A DNA stretch of 64,000 nt from the NCBI RefSeq assembly GCF_030452765.1, contig NZ_JAKDLO010000001.1, positions 25,273-89,272 on the forward strand. The letters run 5' to 3'. Both the position numbers and the translations under genes were made by a program. Positions within the stretch are counted from its first letter, which is position 1. Each line of letters begins with the position of its first letter. Shown piece after piece: positions 45,643 through 56,151 of the stretch. Origin of the DNA: Intrasporangium sp. Its GTDB lineage: Bacteria; Actinomycetota; Actinomycetes; Actinomycetales; Dermatophilaceae. The notes beneath the pieces were generated by a model that worked only from the letters and a program-made list of their open reading frames with translations, did not search any database and was not told the origin of the DNA.

Positions 45643-46592
45643 GCTTTGTCCCCGTCCTGGCCGGCCGGTCGCAGCTCGATCCCGTCGCTCGTGCGGCGGA
45701 CCTCGGCGAGCGTGCCCGGCGGCAGGACGTCGAGGACCTCGGGTGGCAGGTGCAGCGCACCGTCGCGTCCGATCACGACGTAGTCCTGTCCCGCCCGCGC
45801 CTCGGCGCCGATGCGCCCGTCGCGGATGGTGACCGCTCGGTCCAGCTGCGCAGCCAGGGCCTCGTCGTGGGTCACCATCAGCACTGTGGTGCCGAGGTCC
45901 TTCCGTGCGGCCTGGAGCAGGTCGACGACGCGGGCGGCCGAGGCGGCGTCGAGCTGGCTGGTCGGCTCGTCGGCGAGCAGAACGGCCGGGCCGTTGGCGA
46001 GCGCCATGGCCAGGCCGAGGCGTTGTTGCTCGCCTCCCGAGAGCGCACCTGCGACGCGGTCTCGCTGGGCGTCGAGGCCGACCGCGTCGAGCAGGGCCCG
46101 GGAGCGAGCCGACTTGACCGCTGGTCGCCGCCGGGTGGGCCGCTGGGCGAAGAGCACGTTGTCGAGGGCGGTGCCGTAGGGCAGCAGGTTGCGGGCCGGG
46201 TTCTGCAGGAGCACCCCCACCTGCCGGGCGCGCAGGCTCGCCAGGTCGCCCGAGGACAGGTCCCCGAGCGCTCTGCCGTGCACGAAGAGCCGGCCGGCGG
46301 TGGGCCGGATGAGCCCGGCGAGCAGCCACAGCAGGGTCGACTTGCCGGCGCCGGATGATCCGACGACCGCGACCATCTCGCCGGCAGCAACGCTCAGGTC
46401 GATGCCGCGCAGCGCCACGACCCCGGCCCCGGCCGCTCCGTAGACGTGTACGACGTTGACGCACCGCAGCGCCGGCCCGCTGGCACCCGCATCGTCCTGG
46501 GGCGGCAGGTCCGCCTCAGCGGCATGCGGGGCGGCGCGCGTACCGCGGTCGCTCGAGGCTGGTCCACTGGGTCCATCGGGTCCGCCGGTCAT
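45639..46592 (-). CDS. ABC ATPase with C-terminal AbrB-like extension
   Basis: GSSGAGKS, LSGGEQQR, LADEPT, VTHD; tail VVIGRDGALHLPPEVL...IELRP resembles the AbrB/SpoVT swapped hairpin (inference). Confidence 0.88.
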   Translation of the reverse strand: MTGGPDGPSGPASSDRGTRAAPHAAEADLPPQDDAGASGPALRCVNVVHVYGAAGAGVVALRGIDLSVAAGEMVAVVGSSGAGKSTLLWLLAGLIRPTAGRLFVHGRALGDLSSGDLASLRARQVGVLLQNPARNLLPYGTALDNVLFAQRPTRRRPAVKSARSRALLDAVGLDAQRDRVAGALSGGEQQRLGLAMALANGPAVLLADEPTSQLDAASAARVVDLLQAARKDLGTTVLMVTHDEALAAQLDRAVTIRDGRIGAEARAGQDYVVIGRDGALHLPPEVLDVLPPGTLAEVRRTSDGIELRPAGQDGDKA

Positions 46593-49500
46593 GTCGCCTC
46601 CTCCCGGAGCAGCTCGGTTCGCGTGCCGGCGACGAGCGTGACGGTGCCGAGGACCGCGACGACGGCCACGATCACCGCGATCCCGACCAGGGCGGCTGTC
46701 AGGGCCATTGGGTCGGGGGTGTAGTGCAGCGGTGGCGCGCTCGGTGGTGTCACGAACTGGGGGACGGCGCGCAGGGCGAGCCAGACCGCGAGCAGCCCGG
46801 AACCGACCCCGGACAGGATGCCGAGCCCGAGGGTGAGGGCCTGCTCGAGCAGCAGGCTCCGGCGCAGCTCGGACCGGCGGGCGCCCCCGGCGATGAGGGC
46901 CGCTAGCTCGTGCCGTCGGCGTCTCGCGGACAGGTAGAGCCCGCTCAGGCCGCCGGCTGCCGCGAGCAGCGCGGCGGCAGCGGCATCGGCGAGGAAGAGG
47001 GACAGGGCCAGCGCGGGGCCCTGCTGGCGCAGGGACCGGTCCGCGTCGGCGGTCGTGGCCGTGTCGGTGACCTGTACCCCGGCCTTGCGGAGCCGGTCCG
47101 GGAAGGTGGCGACGGCTCCTGGTGCGAGCCAGACCTGCTGTTGGGTGGAGAACCGCGAGTCGAAGGCGGCCTGCAGCGCGGCCGCCTGGTCGATGATGAC
47201 CCCGTTGTCCGGCGCACCGGGTACCGGCACGACCGCGACCGGCTCGATGGGCAGGGCGGCCCCGTCGAGGCCGGCCACCGTCAGCGACGGGTCGCGGGGC
47301 AGGCCCGCCACGGAAGGGGTCACCAGCGCCGGCATCGGGACCGGCCAGGACGGGGCCGCCCAGCCGATCGTGGTGTTCGGCGGGACGGTGAAGCTCAGGT
47401 GCAGCCCGCCGGGCGCGGCTTTGGCCGAGCCGGTCGAGCCGGTGCCGAAGGTCCCTGCCCAGGACCAGCGGTCACCTGAGTCGAGCCCGGCAGCGACTGG
47501 GCGCCAGCCGGCCTTGCCGCGCTCGTCGATGCCGGTGATGGTGAGGCTCCCGCTGAACGAGGTAGGGACGAGCGCCGGCGAAACCGCGGTGGTGTCCGAC
47601 AGGGTCAGCGACCGCAGCACGCACGGGCAGCCGGGCAGCTGCACGGTGACGCTGCTCGTGCCCGGCTTGACGACGCCGACGGCCAGCGGTGTCTCGGCGA
47701 AGCCGGTCGGCAGCTTGAGGTTCGCGGTGAGCAGCTGCGGGCGCGAGAGCCGGACGTCGCGCAGGCTCACCCGCAGCGAGTCACCCTCGAGCCGGATCGG
47801 CGCCGGCGTGGGCGGGTGCAGCTGCTTGGCAAGCTGCGCCAATGAGGTGGTGGAGAAGTCACTGCGCCAGAAGGCGATCCGCGCAAGCCGATCGGACTGG
47901 ACCGCGAGTGTCTGTCTGGCCTGGTTGGCTGTGTCGATGAAGTCGAGCACCGCCATCGCCTGGGTCCCGGCCGGGTCGAGCCGGGTCACGATGGCCGCGA
48001 GGTCCTGGTCGGCGGGCGCCCTGACGGTCAGGACCGCAGCGGCGCCGGTGCGCGTCGCTGCCACATCGGCGATGTTCGCCCGGTTGACCGTCCAGGCCGA
48101 GATCGCGAACGTGGCCAGCGACAAGGCCGCCGACAGCACGATCAGGGTGCGCATCCCGGCGGGTCGCCGCACCACCTGCCGCACTGCCAGGAACGGGCCG
48201 ATCCCGCCGCGACGGCGAGTCAGCCCGAAGAGTGCTCGACAGACCCAGGGCAGCAGGCGGGACACGAGCACGGCCACGGCCAGTCCGATCAGGCCGGGGA
48301 CGAGCAGCGCGAGCGGGTGCACGGTGCTCTTCCCGACGGCACCGGTGGCCCAGAGATCGGCCAGCGCGGCCGCCGTGGCGACGAGGACCGCAACATCGAG
48401 GACCCAGCCGCGCCGGGTGGACAGGGACGGGCGGCGCCACTGTTCGATGACCGATCGACGCAGCGTACGTCGCGCGCCGAGCAGTGCGGCGCACAGGCCA
48501 CCGGAGACAGCGATGACGGCGGCGGCGACGCTGACCCAACCGACGGTCACCGGGGTCCCCTCGCGCAGCGCCACCTGGGCGAGCAGCAGCATGCCCGCCC
48601 AGCCGACGGCGATCCCGAGGGGCAGGGCGAGCAGGAGCAGGACGAATGACTCGCCCAGCCCGAACCACAGGGTCCGCGTCCCGCCGAGTCCCCGCAGACG
48701 CGCGAGGGCGACATCCGGACCACGCGCCTCGGCGGCGTCGGTGATGGCGAGGAAGAGCAGCAGCCAGACGAGGACGAGCAGCTGCGCCGTGATGAGGATG
48801 ACCGGTATGGCGAGGGTGTCGGCGCTCGCCGTGGCAGCGTCGAGGACAGTGGGGATGTTCGTGTTGACGAAGGCCCCTGCTCCGGCGGCGAGGGACGTCA
48901 GCGCCGTGAGTGTCTCTCTCAGGTCGTCCACCCGGCCAGGGGTGGCCGCGTCCAGATCCAGCAGCAGGTCGATCACGCTGTTGGCCTGGACCGATGCTAC
49001 GGCCTGGAAGGTGTCTGGCACCGTGAATATGGCGTCAACTGGCTCCGGCCCGGGCCGGTTGACGAAGAAGCCCTCCTGCGGAAAGTAACCGCGCCCGCCC
49101 CAGTATCTGCTTTCCGGATCGAGTGGCTCGTAGATGCCGACGACCCGGTTCACCCCGAGCAGGTGCAGGTGCTGCTCGACGACCACGTGGTTCAGCTGCG
49201 CCAGAGCGGAGCTGACCAGGACCTCACCTGCCGCGGTGGGGCATCTGCCCTGCACCAACCGCAGGTGCCCACACAGGTCGTCGCGCCACGCCATCAAACT
49301 CGTCTGCCCGACCCTCGGGACGACACTGATCTCCTGGCCCCGGATGCGTGTGTCGAGAAGGTCGGCGCCTGGCGCAGAGTGGAGTTCTTGGTCGACGAGG
49401 CCGGTGAGCTGGTCCAGCACACCCACACCACCCCGGGAGGTCACCTCGACGAGTTGGCCCGCGGGTGTGGCCGCATGCAGGTCGTCGGCCAGGATCGAGT

Positions 49501-49630
49501 GGCGCGCGGCAGCCTGGTAGGCCGGTCCCGCCGCCGCGGCCGCGACCGCGATGACGGCCACGAGCAGGATGAGGACGGTCAGGCCGCGCCGCGCCGCGAG
49601 ACCGCGCCACAGTAGTCCGATCCGGTTCAT
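46589..49630 (-). CDS. Large FtsX-like ABC permease (two permease halves)
   Basis: About 1014 aa; N-terminal TM, large extracytoplasmic domains, motifs VALARLRG and RRRHELAALIAGG typical of FtsX permeases. Confidence 0.85.
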   Translation of the reverse strand: MNRIGLLWRGLAARRGLTVLILLVAVIAVAAAAAGPAYQAAARHSILADDLHAATPAGQLVEVTSRGGVGVLDQLTGLVDQELHSAPGADLLDTRIRGQEISVVPRVGQTSLMAWRDDLCGHLRLVQGRCPTAAGEVLVSSALAQLNHVVVEQHLHLLGVNRVVGIYEPLDPESRYWGGRGYFPQEGFFVNRPGPEPVDAIFTVPDTFQAVASVQANSVIDLLLDLDAATPGRVDDLRETLTALTSLAAGAGAFVNTNIPTVLDAATASADTLAIPVILITAQLLVLVWLLLFLAITDAAEARGPDVALARLRGLGGTRTLWFGLGESFVLLLLALPLGIAVGWAGMLLLAQVALREGTPVTVGWVSVAAAVIAVSGGLCAALLGARRTLRRSVIEQWRRPSLSTRRGWVLDVAVLVATAAALADLWATGAVGKSTVHPLALLVPGLIGLAVAVLVSRLLPWVCRALFGLTRRRGGIGPFLAVRQVVRRPAGMRTLIVLSAALSLATFAISAWTVNRANIADVAATRTGAAAVLTVRAPADQDLAAIVTRLDPAGTQAMAVLDFIDTANQARQTLAVQSDRLARIAFWRSDFSTTSLAQLAKQLHPPTPAPIRLEGDSLRVSLRDVRLSRPQLLTANLKLPTGFAETPLAVGVVKPGTSSVTVQLPGCPCVLRSLTLSDTTAVSPALVPTSFSGSLTITGIDERGKAGWRPVAAGLDSGDRWSWAGTFGTGSTGSAKAAPGGLHLSFTVPPNTTIGWAAPSWPVPMPALVTPSVAGLPRDPSLTVAGLDGAALPIEPVAVVPVPGAPDNGVIIDQAAALQAAFDSRFSTQQQVWLAPGAVATFPDRLRKAGVQVTDTATTADADRSLRQQGPALALSLFLADAAAAALLAAAGGLSGLYLSARRRRHELAALIAGGARRSELRRSLLLEQALTLGLGILSGVGSGLLAVWLALRAVPQFVTPPSAPPLHYTPDPMALTAALVGIAVIVAVVAVLGTVTLVAGTRTELLREEAT

Positions 49631-50850
49631 GTGCCACTCCCGGTGGGGGTGACGGCCGTGCCGGACAGCCACGCCACCGCGACGCGCTTCGGGTCGTGGT
49701 GGGCCTGATCGACATGATCGTCGGAGAGCCGGATGATGCTGCGGTCACCCGTCTGGACGTCGTCGCAGAGCAGGTGGTCGCCCGCCGGGGAGAAGAGGCA
49801 CGACGTGCCGAGGACCTGAGCGGTGATCGTCCGCGCCTTCACCTGGCTCCCCGTCAGCTGCAGGAGCGTCACGCCGCCGTCGTCGAGGTAGGCCACCTGA
49901 CGGCTGTCGTGCGTCCAGACCGGCTCGATGCTGGTGTAGGAGGTGCGGGTGGCTGCGATCGTGCCGGACCGGTCGATGATGACGAGTGCATGTCGCGCCG
50001 ATGCCGCGCTCGTGTTCGGCACGAGCCCGTCGACGGTGAGGACGATGTGCTGCCCGTCGGGAGCCACGAGGGGCCAGACGGCATACGGCTTGCCCTTCGG
50101 CAGCTCGGTGGCACGCACCAGGTCGGCTGTCGTCGCGAGCACCTGGTGCTGGTCCTTCCACCAGCGCAGCTCGACCCGGCTGGTGTCCCGCTCGGTGTAG
50201 GGCCCGAGGTTGACCTCAGTGCCACCCTGCACCGCGACGACAGCGCCGTCCCGGCTCGGGTCGCCAGCCACACCACCAGCGTCACCGCCGAGCTTGTGTG
50301 CCGACCCGCCATCCAGGTCGACGGTCTCGATGCCGCCGAGCATGGAGCTTGCGCCGGTCCCCATCAGGACGAGACGCTTCCCTCCGTCGGCCCAGGGTTG
50401 CGGCACGGCCGTGCTGTCTCCGGTGGCGTCGAGCAGCGGCCGCTCGCGCCCGGCGACGCCGATGTCGACGACCTGGACTCCGCCCACCACGGCGTGCTGC
50501 CCGTCCGGGCTGACCGTGGCGTAGTTCGCCGGGTAGGCCGGCCCCGGCAGCAGCCGGAACCGGGAGCCGTCGGGGGCGGCAGTCGCGAGGCGACCTGACG
50601 AGCTGTCGAAGACCACCAGGTGGCCCGGCAGGTTCAGCGAAGGAGCGACCGTGGTCGCGGTCGCTGTCGGTGTGCCCCGGCCCAGCCCTCCGAGGACGGC
50701 CCAGAGAACGAGCGCGACGACGGCCACGCCTGCCACCACCGCGCCCGTGATCAACGCCACCGAGCGCCGCGACCGTGGCGGCGGCTCGAGGTCGGTCGCT
50801 GGAAAGCCGGGCGTGGGTACGACTCCTTCGGTCCGGGGCGACCCCTCCAT
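49627..50850 (-). CDS. Membrane-anchored TolB/WD40-like beta-propeller protein
   Basis: One N-terminal TM helix, then repeated blades (VSPDGQH, PWADGGKRL, VAPDGQH, PVWTHDSRQVAY, LFSPAGDHL); translationally coupled to the permease. Confidence 0.7.
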   Translation of the reverse strand: MEGSPRTEGVVPTPGFPATDLEPPPRSRRSVALITGAVVAGVAVVALVLWAVLGGLGRGTPTATATTVAPSLNLPGHLVVFDSSSGRLATAAPDGSRFRLLPGPAYPANYATVSPDGQHAVVGGVQVVDIGVAGRERPLLDATGDSTAVPQPWADGGKRLVLMGTGASSMLGGIETVDLDGGSAHKLGGDAGGVAGDPSRDGAVVAVQGGTEVNLGPYTERDTSRVELRWWKDQHQVLATTADLVRATELPKGKPYAVWPLVAPDGQHIVLTVDGLVPNTSAASARHALVIIDRSGTIAATRTSYTSIEPVWTHDSRQVAYLDDGGVTLLQLTGSQVKARTITAQVLGTSCLFSPAGDHLLCDDVQTGDRSIIRLSDDHVDQAHHDPKRVAVAWLSGTAVTPTGSGT

Positions 50851-50890
50851 CGTGCCATGCCGCCGTCCGTGCGGACGGAGGACGTGTGCC

Positions 50891-51559
50891 TCAGCCGCGC
50901 TGGGACGGGTGCGCCGGCCACGGCGCGTCGGCCGGTCGCAGCGTCGCCCAGCCCAGCGAGCGGGAGGTCGCGGCGGCGAGGACCCCGATGATGGCGGACG
51001 CGTTGTGGACCTGACCGGCGAGGACTGCTCGCACGGCGTCCTCGAGCGGCACCCAGAGGGGACGGATGCCGACCTCCTCTCCGGTCCGTTCGTGCTCGGC
51101 GCCGTCGGGCACGTCGGTCAGGTCGCGGGCGAGGAAGATGCGGGCCGCCTCGGGGAAGGCGCCCGGGGAGGCGAAGCTGTCGGCGAGCACGTCCCATCGC
51201 GACGCCCGCAGGTCGACCTCCTCGGCGAGCTCGCGGGCGGCGGCCTGCCACGGCGGCTCGCCGGAGATGTCGAGCAGGCCGGCGGGCAGCTCCCACAGGT
51301 GGCCGCCGGCCGGGTGGCGGTACTGCCGGATCATCAGGATGTGCTCGACGCCCTCGACCGGGCGCAGCGCGACGATGACGACCGCGCCGGGGTGCTCGAT
51401 GTAGTCGCGCTTCACGACACCGCCCGCGCCGAGGTCGACGGTGTCGCGTCGGACGTCGAAGATCATCCCCTCGAACATGACCGTCGAGTCGAGTACCGGC
51501 AGCGGGTCGAACTCGTCCGTCAGGTCGCTCACCTGCCCGAGGGGCGCCGTCAGGCTCAC
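50891..51559 (-). CDS. nudF: NUDIX hydrolase (ADP-ribose pyrophosphatase-like)
   Basis: [26 protein letters not shown]; directly after pyrG. Confidence 0.9.
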   Translation of the reverse strand: MSLTAPLGQVSDLTDEFDPLPVLDSTVMFEGMIFDVRRDTVDLGAGGVVKRDYIEHPGAVVIVALRPVEGVEHILMIRQYRHPAGGHLWELPAGLLDISGEPPWQAAARELAEEVDLRASRWDVLADSFASPGAFPEAARIFLARDLTDVPDGAEHERTGEEVGIRPLWVPLEDAVRAVLAGQVHNASAIIGVLAAATSRSLGWATLRPADAPWPAHPSQRG

Positions 51560-53277
51560 TCCGGGTCGGCCCCGGCACCGACGCCGACCGGGGTGGCCTC
51601 GGCCCGACTGGTCCGCTCGACCTCGACGAGCCGCTGGGCGCGCTGTTGTTCGAGCGCGGCACCGATCAGGCCAGCGAAGAGCGGGTGGGCGCGGTTGGGG
51701 CGCGAGCGGAACTCGGGGTGCGCCTGGGTCGCGACGTAGTAGGGGTGCACGTCACGGGGCAGCTCGACGAACTCGACGAGCGTGCCGTCCGGGGACGTGC
51801 CGGAGACGACGAGCCCGGCCAGCTCGAGCCGGTCGCGGTAGGCGTTGTTGACTTCGTAACGGTGCCGGTGGCGCTCGTCGACGTGCTCGGCGGCATACGT
51901 CTGCTGCACGACGCTGCCGGTCTTGAGCCGGGCCGGGTAGAGCCCGAGGCGCATCGTGCCGCCGAGGTCGCCGGCGCCCTCGACGAACGCCTTCTGCTCC
52001 TGCATCGTCGCGATGACGGGCGTGGCACTGTCGGGGTCGAACTCGGTCGAGGACGCGTCCGGCTCGCCGAGGACGGTACGGGCGTACTCGATGACCATGC
52101 ACTGCAGGCCGAGGCAGATGCCGAGCGTGGGCACCTGTCGCTCACGGGCCCAGGTCAGCGCGCCGAGCTTGCCCTCGATGCCCCGGATCCCGAACCCGCC
52201 CGGGACGAGGACCGCGTCGACCCCCGCGAGGGCCTTCTGCGCCCCCGCCGGGCTCTGGCAGTCGTCGCTCGCGACCCAGCGGATCCGCACCTTCGCGTCG
52301 TGGTGGAAGCCGCCGGCCCGCAGCGCCTCGGTCACCGACAGGTAGGCGTCGGGCAGGTCGACGTACTTGCCGACGAGGGCGACCTCGACCTCGTGCTCGG
52401 GGTCGTGGACGCGCTGGAGCAGACGGTCCCACTCGGTCCAGTCGACGTCGCGGAAGGCGAGGCCGAGCCGCCGGATGACGTGGGCGTCGAACCGCTCGGC
52501 GTGCAGCACCCGCGGGATGTCGTAGATGCTCGGCGCGTCGACGCAGGCGGCGACCGCTTCGACCTCGACGTCGCACATGAGCGAGATCTTGCGTTTGATG
52601 CCGTCGGGGATCTCGCGGTCCGCGCGCAGCACGAGCCCGTCCGGCTGCAGGCCCACCTGACGCAGCGCTGCGACGGAGTGCTGGGTCGGCTTCGTCTTCA
52701 GCTCGCCGCTGGGCGCGAGGTAGGGCACGAGAGAGACGTGCAGGAAGAACGAGTTGTCCCGGCCGATGAGGTGGCGCACCTGTCGGGCTGCCTCCAGGAA
52801 CGGCAGCGACTCGATGTCGCCGACGGTGCCGCCGATCTCGGTGATGATCAGGTCCGGTGCGTCGGGGCCGCCGGTCGCCAGCGCCCGCATCCGCGCGACG
52901 ATCTCGTTGGTGATGTGCGGGATGACCTGCACGGTGTCGCCGAGGTACTCGCCGCGCCGCTCGCGGGCGATGACGGTGTTGTAGATCTGGCCGGTCGTGA
53001 CGTTGGCGGAGCCGACGAGGTTCACGTCGAGGAAACGCTCGTAGTGCCCGATGTCGAGGTCGGTCTCGGCTCCGTCGTTCGTGACGAAGACCTCGCCGTG
53101 CTGGAACGGGTTCATCGTGCCCGGGTCGACGTTGATGTAGGGGTCGAGCTTCTGCATCGTGACCTTGAGGCCACGCGACCGCAGCAGGTGTCCGAGGCTC
53201 GAGGCGGTCAGGCCCTTGCCGAGCGAGGAGGCCACGCCCCCGGTCACAAAGATGTGCTTCGTCGTCGTGTCGGCCAC
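51556..53277 (-). CDS. pyrG: CTP synthase
   Basis: [53 protein letters not shown]. Confidence 0.98.
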   Translation of the reverse strand: MADTTTKHIFVTGGVASSLGKGLTASSLGHLLRSRGLKVTMQKLDPYINVDPGTMNPFQHGEVFVTNDGAETDLDIGHYERFLDVNLVGSANVTTGQIYNTVIARERRGEYLGDTVQVIPHITNEIVARMRALATGGPDAPDLIITEIGGTVGDIESLPFLEAARQVRHLIGRDNSFFLHVSLVPYLAPSGELKTKPTQHSVAALRQVGLQPDGLVLRADREIPDGIKRKISLMCDVEVEAVAACVDAPSIYDIPRVLHAERFDAHVIRRLGLAFRDVDWTEWDRLLQRVHDPEHEVEVALVGKYVDLPDAYLSVTEALRAGGFHHDAKVRIRWVASDDCQSPAGAQKALAGVDAVLVPGGFGIRGIEGKLGALTWARERQVPTLGICLGLQCMVIEYARTVLGEPDASSTEFDPDSATPVIATMQEQKAFVEGAGDLGGTMRLGLYPARLKTGSVVQQTYAAEHVDERHRHRYEVNNAYRDRLELAGLVVSGTSPDGTLVEFVELPRDVHPYYVATQAHPEFRSRPNRAHPLFAGLIGAALEQQRAQRLVEVERTSRAEATPVGVGAGADPE

Positions 53278-53293
53278 GGGCTTGCAGTCTACG

Positions 53294-54406
53294 TCATGGG
53301 CCGGTGAGCGACTCGTAGCGCCGGGCCCACTGGCGTGCCTCCTGCTCGGGGGTGGCCCAGGTGCGGGCGCGCGCTCGTGCGCGGGCGGCGAGGTCGGCTC
53401 GTCGTGACGGGTCGCGCAACAGGTCGTCCACGGCGGTGGCGGTGGCTGTGGGGTCGGCGGGTGGCACGAGGACTCCTGCGTCGCCGACCAGGCCGGGCAG
53501 CCCGCCGACCGCGGGGACGACGACCGGCACACCGGCCGCCAGCGCCTCCTGCACGACGAGCGCCCGCGCCTCCCATCGGCTCGTCAGGACCAGGACGGTC
53601 GCCGCCCGCAGCCACGCCTCGACGTCCCCGCGCGCCCCCACGAACGTCAGCGGTATGCCGCCCACCTCGCTCTCGAGCCGGCGGCGCAGCTGCGCGTCGC
53701 CGCCTCCCACGACGACCCAGGTGGCCGGTAGGGTCGAGGCGCGGGCCGCGGCGACGAGCGTGGCGAGGTCCTTCTGCGGGGCGATCCGGGACACCGTGAG
53801 GACGAGGGGCCGGTCGGCGGGTGCGTCGATCCCGGCCGACGCGAGCAGTGCCTGCCGCAAGCGGGCGCCCTCATCGGCGTCGGGTGCGTCGGGTGCTTCG
53901 GAAGCCGCCAGGATGGCGGCGGCGCGGGGTGAGGCCACCGTCGCCAGCTCGCTCCGGCGGGCGCCGAGCCGCAGGGCCGTCGCGACGAGGTCGTCGCTCG
54001 CTCCGGCGACGAGGTCGGCTCGGCGCAGGGCCCAGCGGATCGCCCTGGCACCGAGCCCGTCCGCGGGCACCTCGTTGTGCAGGGAGACGACCAGGCGGGG
54101 CCGCGGCCTGGCGCGCAGCACCGCCACCGCGGCGACGAGCGCCGCCTGCTGCCCGTGGGCGTGCACGACCTCGACGGTGCAGGCGAGCCGCATGATGCGG
54201 TGCCAGTCGAGCGGGGCTCGGGCCACCGCCTCGGCGGAGCCGAAGGGCCACAGGGCGTGCGCGTCGGTCCAGCCGAAGTGGCGCACGCTCGATCGGTCGC
54301 TGACGATCACCACCTCGTGGCCGAGACTTCTCAGGTCGTGGCTGAGTCGGCCGACATGGCTGCCGATCCCGCCGGCCGACCGGCCGAGCAGCTGCAGGAT
54401 CCTCAT
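53294..54406 (-). CDS. Glycosyltransferase family 4 (GT-B)
   Basis: MRILQLL...[37 protein letters not shown]. Confidence 0.9.
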   Translation of the reverse strand: MRILQLLGRSAGGIGSHVGRLSHDLRSLGHEVVIVSDRSSVRHFGWTDAHALWPFGSAEAVARAPLDWHRIMRLACTVEVVHAHGQQAALVAAVAVLRARPRPRLVVSLHNEVPADGLGARAIRWALRRADLVAGASDDLVATALRLGARRSELATVASPRAAAILAASEAPDAPDADEGARLRQALLASAGIDAPADRPLVLTVSRIAPQKDLATLVAAARASTLPATWVVVGGGDAQLRRRLESEVGGIPLTFVGARGDVEAWLRAATVLVLTSRWEARALVVQEALAAGVPVVVPAVGGLPGLVGDAGVLVPPADPTATATAVDDLLRDPSRRADLAARARARARTWATPEQEARQWARRYESLTGP

Positions 54407-56151
54407 CGTGTCTCCCTGGGTGGAGGGTCGGTGCTCGTGGCACCGTTGACCGTCGGATCGGTGCTCGTGGCATCGGTGGTCGTGACATCGGAGCGCGTGG
54501 CATCGGTGGCCGTGCGGCGTCGTAGCAGCCGGCGCAGCATGCTGCGGTCGGTGGCGGCCCCGGCCGCGGCGAAGAGCACGGTCGCGAGCAGGCCCGACGC
54601 GACGGTCGCCAGGGCAGCGGCGGGTAGGTCGGCCGGGCGCCAGGTCGCGCCCAGCCACCATCCGGCGAGCGCCGCCACGGCGGTGGCGAGCAGGGCCGCG
54701 CCGAGTGGGCGCGCCGGTGGGCGCAGGGCGGCCGCACCCCAGGCCCGTGCGGCCAGCACGGTCAGGCAGGCCGCTGCGGCCAGCAGCCCGATGCTCGAGC
54801 CGGCACCGATGGCGCTCAGGGTGTCGTCGGGCCCCGGTGCATCGCGCAGCACGATCAGGGGTAGGGCGAGTGTCAGCAGCCATCCGCTGCCGGCGGCCGC
54901 TCCGGCCGTGCGGGCATGCCCGCGCACGTAGAGGGCGCGGGTCAGCAGGCCGATCGCGCCGAGGCCGAGGATCCCCGGGGCGAACGAGACCATCGTCGTC
55001 GGGATCGCGGCCAGGGCCGCAGCGCCCGACCCCGCCGACCGTCCGGCGTCGAGGGCGCTGAAGAACGCACCGACCGGCTGGGCGACGGCGACGAGCAGGG
55101 CGACCCCGTAGAGGCCGGCCACGAGGGTGCCGAGCCAGGCCCCGCGCAGCGTGCGGGCCGCGGAGTCGTCCTCGCGGCTCGTCGAGGCCCCGGACGGGCC
55201 GGCCGCCTGGCTGGCCAGGGTCGGGAAGGCTGCCGTCGCGAGCGGGACGGCCAGGACGGCATACGGGAGCAGGGCGACGGCCTGAACGTAGGTGAACACG
55301 TTGAGCGTGCCGGGCCCCCCGCGGTCGTTCGCGAGGCGGATGACGACCAGCGTCGCGAGCTGTTGCCCGGCCAGTGCGAGCAGCCCGGCGACGGCCAACC
55401 GCCGGACCCGCGCCGACGCGGTGTCGGGGAAGCGGAAGGTCGGCCGGAGCCGGATGCCGGCTCTTCGCAGGGGTACGAGCAGGGGCAGGCTGAGGGCGAC
55501 GACCCCGAGGGTCGTGCCGATCCCGAGCACGAGGACGGCGGCGCCCGGAATGGCGGAAAGGGGCGCGGCAGGATCGGGCACGAGGGCGCCGTAGAGCAGG
55601 TACGTGGCGATGACGACGACACTGGACAGGAGCGGCGCGAGGGCCGCGGCCACGAAGCGACGGTGCGACTGGAGGACTCCGGCCAGGACGATCCCGACGC
55701 CGTACAGCGGTATCTGGATCGCGAAGATCCGCAGCAGGTCGACGCCGAGGCCCAGCTCACCGGAGCACCCCTGGGCGGGCAGGAGCACGCCGGCGATGGG
55801 GCCGGCGGCGGCCACGACGACGAGCGCCAGCGGGACGAGCCCGGCGAGCGCCCAGGTCAGCAGGGCCGAGGCGGTGCGGTCGGCGGCATCCGGCTCCCCG
55901 CGGCCCAGCGCCGCGGAGACGAGCGGCACGACGACCGCGGCCAGGACACCCCCGGCGGCGATCTCGTAGAGGACGTTCGGGACGGTGTTGACGCTCTGGT
56001 AGACCGTGCCGACGCAGGTGGCCCCGACGGAGTGCGAGAAGGCGAACCAGCGGCCGAAGCCGACGAGCCGCGCGGCGATGGTGATGCCCGCGATGGAGCC
56101 GGCCGCGACGGCGATGCCCCGCCCGGTCCGGCTCATCCCGGTCCGGTTCAC
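54403..56151 (-). CDS. MurJ/MviN-like lipid-linked flippase (no cytoplasmic kinase-like extension)
   Basis: ARLVGFGR, YQSVNTVPNVLYEIAAGG, LQSHRRF..AALAPLLSS, RALY; about 14 TM segments; alternative start ATG 56136. Confidence 0.85.
   Translation of the reverse strand: MNRTGMSRTGRGIAVAAGSIAGITIAARLVGFGRWFAFSHSVGATCVGTVYQSVNTVPNVLYEIAAGGVLAAVVVPLVSAALGRGEPDAADRTASALLTWALAGLVPLALVVVAAAGPIAGVLLPAQGCSGELGLGVDLLRIFAIQIPLYGVGIVLAGVLQSHRRFVAAALAPLLSSVVVIATYLLYGALVPDPAAPLSAIPGAAVLVLGIGTTLGVVALSLPLLVPLRRAGIRLRPTFRFPDTASARVRRLAVAGLLALAGQQLATLVVIRLANDRGGPGTLNVFTYVQAVALLPYAVLAVPLATAAFPTLASQAAGPSGASTSREDDSAARTLRGAWLGTLVAGLYGVALLVAVAQPVGAFFSALDAGRSAGSGAAALAAIPTTMVSFAPGILGLGAIGLLTRALYVRGHARTAGAAAGSGWLLTLALPLIVLRDAPGPDDTLSAIGAGSSIGLLAAAACLTVLAARAWGAAALRPPARPLGAALLATAVAALAGWWLGATWRPADLPAAALATVASGLLATVLFAAAGAATDRSMLRRLLRRRTATDATRSDVTTTDATSTDPTVNGATSTDPPPRETR
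54428..54517 (-). repeat. Three imperfect 30-bp in-frame repeats in the MurJ-like C-terminal tail
   Basis: Units start at 54428, 54458 and 54488 (TCGG(T/A)GC(T/G)CGTGGCA..) and encode TDAT(R/S)(S/T)D repeats. Confidence 0.8.
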
